Shown: piece by piece, positions 57,687 through 64,000 of the stretch | How the letters are laid out: each line of letters opens with the position of its first letter | Numbering within the stretch: the first letter of the stretch is position 1 | Source of the DNA: Adineta vaga | Lineage: Eukaryota; Animalia; Rotifera | Reading direction: 5' to 3' | Assembly (NCBI GenBank): GCA_021613535.1 | Contig: CP075494.1 | Span: forward strand, 9,734,001-9,798,000 | Length of the DNA stretch: 64,000 bases | Notes under the pieces: generated by a model | Seen by the model: only the letters and a program-made list of their open reading frames with translations | Told to the model about the DNA's origin: nothing | Database searches by the model: none | Translations under genes and position numbers: made by a program

Positions 57687-59368
57687 ATGGCTCATCAAAA
57701 TCGACCACCCGAACAACCTCCATTGGAATTTCCTTATATTGGTAAAATTTTAGATGAAAAATTGACAGTATTAAAACTATGTGTTATAATTTAGGTGATG
57801 TAACTCAATATGAACGTACTGAAAAAATCGGTCAAGGAACCTTTGGGTAAGATCAAGAATAAAATGAAAACTATATGATATGATTCTTGTAGAGAAGTAT
57901 TTAAAGCTCGTTGTAAACAAACGAATGATTTAGTAGCAATGAAGTTGATTTTAATGGATCAAGAAAAAGAAGGTTTTCCAATAACAGCATTACGTGAAAT
58001 CAAGATTTTACAAGAATTACGACATGATAATATTGTTCGTCTTATTGAAGTTTGCCGTTCAGCAAGTATGTCAACTTTTTCACTGATTCTGACATGAACT
58101 TAATAATCTTCTTTTGTAGTGGATAAATCATCTCGAAGTAAATTTTATTTTATCTTTGAATTCTGTGATCATGATTTGGCCGGTATTTTACGCAATGCAA
58201 ATGTTAAATTTAGTCTTGGACATATTAAATCAATCATGCAACAATTATTAGATGGTAATTTCTTTATCTATTCATTCTATGCTTAATTCGAAAATATTCT
58301 TTTATTTAGGTCTCTATTTTATCCATAAAAATCATATTATTCATCGGTAAATTTCCCACAAATAAGGAAAAACCGTTCATTGTCAATTTTTCACTCTATT
58401 GTAGTGATATTAAATCAGCAAATATTCTAATTACACGAGATGGTGTGTTGAAATTAGCTGATTTTGGCTTAGCAAAAGTGATTACACCACCTAAACGTAA
58501 GGAATTTGTTTTTTTTTGTTTCATATTACACACAGACCATGTATTTCGTTTTTGTAGCTAATCATCAAAATCGATATACATGCCGTGTAGTTACTTTGTG
58601 GTAAGAAAACATTCATTTTACTTAAACCAAATTAATTATCTTATTATCTTCTAGGTACCGTCCACCAGAATTGTTGTTGGGTAAAAATAAAGAAAAATGA
58701 ATTATTTTGCAGTTTAGTCTGTCTGCTTTTGTAGGTGAACGTGATTATGGTCCAGCTATTGATATGTGGGGTAAACTATCTTTTGAGAAATGTTTATAAA
58801 TAACATATATCATTGTCTGATGGTATATAGGAGTTGGATGCATTTTCGCCGAAATGTGGATTCGTTCTCCAATTATGCAAGGTAAGAATTGGCACGGTAA
58901 CCATCATCATCGATACTAATCTTTCTAATATTATTAGGCACTAGTGAACAACATCAACTTGAACTCATTAGTCATCTATGTGGTAGTATTGAGCCAAGTG
59001 TTTGGCCGGGTGTGAATAAATTGCCGTTATATAATAAACTAAAATTAGCACAAAATGAACGTCGTCGAGTTCATGATCGAATGAAACCATATATTCAAGA
59101 GCCATTAGCCTTAGAATTAATTGATAAATTGTTAACCTTAGATCCCAAACAACGTATCGATGCTGATAATGCTGTTAATTCAGATTTCTTTTATACTGAA
59201 CCACCTCTAGCAGATTTAAAACCACTTCTATCAAAATATCCATCTATGTTCGAACTGAAAGAAGTTTCACGTAATAATTACAATGCTCAAATTCAACAAC
59301 AACAACAGCAACGTGCACGACCACCAAGACCTAATGCGCCTAATCTACCATCAGAAACTATCTATTAG
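57687..59368 (+). CDS. CDK9: Cyclin-dependent kinase 9 (P-TEFb kinase), ~11 exons including 26-52 nt micro-exons
   Basis: [56 protein letters not shown]|YRPPELLLG|ERDYGP. Confidence 0.95.
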
Positions 59369-59515
59369 AAAACAAGGCGCATATGTGTCTATATATATTT
59401 TCTCTCTCTTTGTTAATGTTATTGTTTATGTCCTAGTCGAAACATTCATTCAATAAAACAAAATCCATTGGTGTACAGATTTATATATAAACATGAGTTG
59501 CTCTTTTTCTTCCAG

Positions 59516-60374
59516 ATGTCGAATAGAATTATTGATCCAGGTGTAACAATTAAAACATATGATATACTTAATTGTGTAGGTGAAACTGATGAATTTGACC
59601 TTGTTTCGAATTATATTTTGTCGTCTTTAGGATGTTCGTAAAGCTAAATCTCGTTCGTCAAATATCGTTAGTGCATTAACCACTAGTCAAGTAGGAAAAT
59701 ATCCATTGATTGATTATTTTATAGATACATCTCTCTTTCGCAGTCTATTCCACAATCTGTTATTACCGATGATTTTGTGAAGAAAAGTGAAGTACCACCG
59801 TATGATATTCATCAACGTGAAGCAAAACGTCTACGACAAGTACGTTATTATCAATTTCACAATTTTTCTTTTGAATACATGTCATATTTTTAGATAGAAC
59901 AAAGTAAAACCAAAGGAAAAAACTGGTACAACATGCCTGCACCGGAAATAACTGAAGAAAAGAAAAATGATCTACTCGCAATTCAAATGCGTGGTGGTTT
60001 ATATGCAGATAGATTTTTCAAAAAAGGAAGTGATACCAAAGGTCTTCCGAAATATTTTCAAGTACATTCTATTTTCTAGCACAAGAGAAACTCGATCTAC
60101 TAATCATCTCTCTTTTAGACTGGAACTGTTGTTGATAATCCAGCAGATTTCTATCGACGTATTCCGAAGAAAGATCGCAAGAAAACAATTCTTGAAGAAC
60201 TTTATAATGATACTAAAGTTAAAAAGTACGTCATTGATAAATTCAAGATACATATTTCTATGTGGTACGTTTTTTAGATTTAGTAAAAAACGTTATACAG
60301 AAATCAAAGAAACAAATCGTCGACGTTTTACCGCATTAAAACATATGAAACGTTTGAAAAATAAAAAGAAATGA
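59516..60374 (+). CDS. DNTTIP2: Fcf2-domain pre-rRNA processing protein (short DNTTIP2 ortholog, ~195 aa, 6 exons)
   Basis: KTKGKNWYNMPAPEITEEKKNDLLAIQMR, LPKYFQ|TGTVVDNPADFY, RIPKKDRKKTILEEL. Confidence 0.88.
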
Positions 60375-60417
60375 GCATATTGTTTATTATCGAAATAAAA
60401 AAAGGAGACATGTTAAA

Positions 60418-62783
60418 TTAACGTTCAAAAAAACGTAAAAATTCATATAAATTGATTTTGCCTTCTTGATTTGTTGTACATTCTGCAATCATCTAAACAA
60501 TTCATAAAGAAGAAAAACATAAAAAATAGGTTTTTATTGATATTTTCATTCTTACCGCTTCGATCAAATCATTTTCAAGTGGAAGATTAATTTGTCGAAA
60601 GATATCTATAATATTCTCTCGTGAAATATAACCATTACGATCCTTATCATAACGTAAAAACATTTCACGAATTTGTGAACGATCAGTAATACGCATTCCT
60701 TTTAATTTACTACGAATTTCTGCATATAAACGAATGAAATCACCTGGTTTACGTTGAACGTGTATATTCGTTGCAAGACGAGCATCAGGTCGAGTAGATT
60801 GTGTACTTAAATGTTGACGTAGAGAGTCGATCACGGATGGCGTAAATTGATCAGGATGTTCTTCAGCATATTTTAAAACGAATAGATCAGCAGAACGAAT
60901 GACAAAACGTTGTCGAAATACTTCAACTGTTGCACCAATATAAAAATCCGATGGTCCATAATATTGAGGATGATCAGGTGTCGAATCTATCAGAGAGAAG
61001 GTAACAATAGTTAGGCAAATGAATGATGAATAGAACTTACTTGGTTTTGATACACGTGTTCGTTCAAGAAATCGTCCACCAATAATGCCACTATTACGTT
61101 GAGGTGGTTCATGAATACTAATTGTATCATCACCAAGACGATAGCTAATGACAAATTTACGTAATTGATCAATTTCTCGAGGACTATCCTAGAAGAAAAA
61201 GAAGATTTTATATTCCTCTCATATCACATTTTCATACCAAAACTGCTTCATAACGAAGTACATGATGTTCATTTTCCATTAATTTTACATAATCTTTTTT
61301 CGGTCGATCAGGTTGAAGTTTCAAACAATTCTGAATTGAATCTTCCAACGTACCAAATCCATTGTAAGGTGGAATTTCCTACAAAATTTTCGCTAACTCT
61401 AAACTAGTTTTTTTTTATCAAGATCTTTTACCATTTTTGGCTCTTCTTCTTCTGGTGGTTGAACATCGATAGGTTCAAAATCACTTACACCAAAGTTTTT
61501 TGTATAGAATGTTTTTGTAAACAAATCACAATCATAGATAAAAAAATTTCGTCCATAAATATTCACCGTTTTTCCAATCATTAAATCCGATGGTTTAAAA
61601 TAATTTTTAACTTCAGCATCACTTAATTCAAGAAACACATGTGGAAAAGTACCTGGATTAAAGAAAAAAAAATATCGAACATATTTATAATTATTCAAAC
61701 CATACCTTTGATATCATAACGATCCTTTGGTATTTTATGTCGTGTAATTAATATAGGAAATGGATCTCGTCCATCATTTCCTTTATGTACTTCACGTACT
61801 TCCATTGTATCATTCACTAAATAGTATTGAATGATGAATTCTCGTTTATCTCCAAACATTCGTGTTCGATCATCCCAGATAGCATAAAATCGTAGAACTT
61901 TTCGATCCATTTCCACAAATTGTTTCAATTTATCAAAATCAGTTTTAGTTTTATAAGATTTTAATTCAGCTAATTGATTACGTTTTGTTAAATATGGATC
62001 ACGTGGAACCATTTCAGGTTGATTAACATGAATACCTTCACTTTCTAACCATTCCTAAAGCAATAAGAAAATATTTATCATTATCTTTCTTTCATTCATT
62101 TAATCTCTTACACGAGTAAATGCATCACAATCACAGATACGAAATACTTTCCCATAGATCGCTAAATTCTGTCCAAGATTCAGATCACGAAAATTATAGG
62201 TTTCGCCATGATCATTTTTTGGAAAACGATGACGACGTATTAGTTTTCCTTGAGGAATACCACTATTTTCTTGAACTTCTTCAAAAATTTCTATACTATC
62301 ATCTTCAAGATAATAGAATATTTTAATTGGTCGTACACGATAAAATTCATTGGGACTTTCAGGAATTGATTGTTTAAAGTATCCAAAAAAACGAAGAACT
62401 TTTTTATCATATGCTAAAATAGCTGGAACAAAATTATCAGGATGTTGAACAACAACTTTGCCATAGACTAATTCCGGACGATAATTACGAAGAAGTTCTG
62501 CTTCATCTTCACTCATTCGATTGTAATTAATACGTGCTCCGCCTATTAAATGTCGATGCAATCAATCAATCAATATATATATATACAAAGATTTGATATA
62601 CCTAATCCAACTTCAGGCCATTTGGCGACTCGATGTCCATTCTTAATTTCAAGTGTATGACTTACATTATGATTTGTTTGCTAGATAATATCAATATTTA
62701 TTTAGATGTGTTAAGAAAAAGATAAATAGACATACTGTTGGATCAGAAAATGTATTTCCGGGTAAACGTGATAGACCTTCCAT
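60418..62783 (-). CDS. EFHC1: EF-hand domain-containing protein 1 (Rib72/myoclonin; three DM10 domains plus EF-hand)
   Basis: MEGLSRLPGNTFSDPT; DKKVLRFFGYFKQ..YYLEDDSIEI..NSGIPQGKLIRRH; DRKVLRFYAIWDD; EF-hand DKDRNGYISRE. Confidence 0.93.
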
Positions 62784-62899
62784 TTACGTTACAATCAACT
62801 CAACACCGAGTTGTCAAGAACTATAGAAGAGAAGCAGTGTTGCTATTGACTGTCTTGTTCTTTTCTTTTTGATATGATGCGCGTGGTTTTTTCATCATC

Positions 62900-62912
62900 G
62901 TTACCTAGAAAC
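62900..62912. promoter_or_regulatory. RFX X-box-like element (GTTACCTAGAAAC) about 120 bp upstream of EFHC1
   Basis: Matches GTTRCC-N-RGNAAC; position typical of ciliary gene promoters. Confidence 0.55.
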
Positions 62913-63496
62913 AACCATGAACTACTCATTATTTTTCGTTCAACATATTTGAGAAACTACATTTTCATCCTTAGTTCTGCACACGAAGATCTAAATTAGA
63001 TACTCAGAAGAGCTGCATGAATAGATGTCGCAAATACATCTATTATTCTCTATTTTCATAATCAAGATATGATATAAATGAATCTTTCTTTTTAATCTCT
63101 AGCATTTTAGTAGTGATGAAATAAATTCACAAAAATGTGATTGAAAAAGCTCAGGAGATAAGTCACATATCTTTTCAATGATAAGTAGTGCCATCTATTA
63201 ATTAATTGAAAAATTCCTTATTTCCATCAATAATAATTTTGAAATCATTTTCTTTTCAAGAAAACTTTTATACTCTCTATTAGAAATTTTTTTTAGAAAT
63301 CTTCGTTTTTCTACATACATATATCTTGTTTATTCCAGTGATTACCGAAAAGAAATGACTAGTGAATAATAATAAAAACGTAGAGAAATAGACCTTTCGT
63401 AATTTTTCTTTTTTCCATAGTATGCAATTTAAACTGAAGGCAATATAAACTGTAAATATTTTTTCATTTTTAGATACATTAGAAAACAAAAACAAG

Positions 63497-63969
63497 ATGC
63501 AAATCTTCGTTCGTGGTGCCGCCGAACTCGTTCCGCTCGATCTCGAAAAAGATGATACAGTCCAAGATATTCGCGTATGTTCTTCATATTATTCTTCTTC
63601 AATGTTATTATTTTAGAATATTCATTTTAGGAATATATCGCTGATGAATATGATATTGATATGGATGAACTCGTTTTAAGTTACAATGGAACAGCCATGA
63701 ATGATGAACAAACTGTTGAACAACTTGGATTCATCTCTGGTGCAACACTTGATGCTACCGTGAAATTATTTGGTGGTAAAGTTCATGGTTCCTTAGCTCG
63801 TGCTGGTAAAGTCAAAGGTCAGACACCAAAAGTTGCCAAACAAGAAAAACGCAAGAAGAAAACCGGACGTGCTAAACGTCGTCTTCAATACAAACAACGT
63901 TTCGTTAACAAGGTTGCTGGATTCGGTCGTCGTCGTGGACCAAATTCAAATCAACCAGCTTCAACTTAA
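63497..63969 (+). CDS. FAU: FUBI-RPS30 fusion (40S ribosomal protein S30); exons 63497-63574, 63631-63969
   Basis: Ubiquitin-like MQIFVR.. ending LFGG, followed by [35 protein letters not shown]. Confidence 0.96.
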
Positions 63970-64000
63970 ACATTCAAAAACAAAAAAGGAACAATAAAAT

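Overview
This is AT-rich, gene-dense animal genomic DNA with many short (~45-65 nt) GT-AG introns. It is most likely a bdelloid rotifer (Adineta/Rotaria-like); this is inferred from intron size, codon usage and decayed ART/LRR_RI fragments. I spliced about 21 protein-coding genes by hand. Recognisable ones are MEX3, TMEM115, TGFBRAP1, vigilin, POLE, HP1, PLK1, katanin p60, RBBP5, MsrB, FASTKD1-like, TSEN34, FoxG, NDUFA4-like, CDK9, Fcf2/DNTTIP2, EFHC1 and FAU; four or five are orphans. There is also a decayed ADP-ribosyltransferase/LRR pseudogene. Highlights: (1) a ~1276-aa secreted orphan built like a polyprotein precursor, with six RxLL (S1P/SKI-1-type) sites, six GWx(Y/F)RYR repeats and GKR/GRR amidation-type sites; (2) operon-like same-strand junctions (NDUFA4-CDK9-Fcf2; orphan-TSEN34) where a poly(A) signal is followed 44-59 nt later by a splice acceptor at the next ATG, suggesting polycistronic transcription resolved by SL trans-splicing; (3) an intron-containing MsrB with bacterial-type signatures (HGT candidate); (4) a neuritin-like GPI-protein gene nested in a TGFBRAP1 intron; (5) a FASTKD1 copy with an apparent frameshift and a possible 19-nt intron. 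I recognised no tRNA, rRNA, CRISPR array or intact transposon. Exon boundaries were read by eye and have no transcript support.
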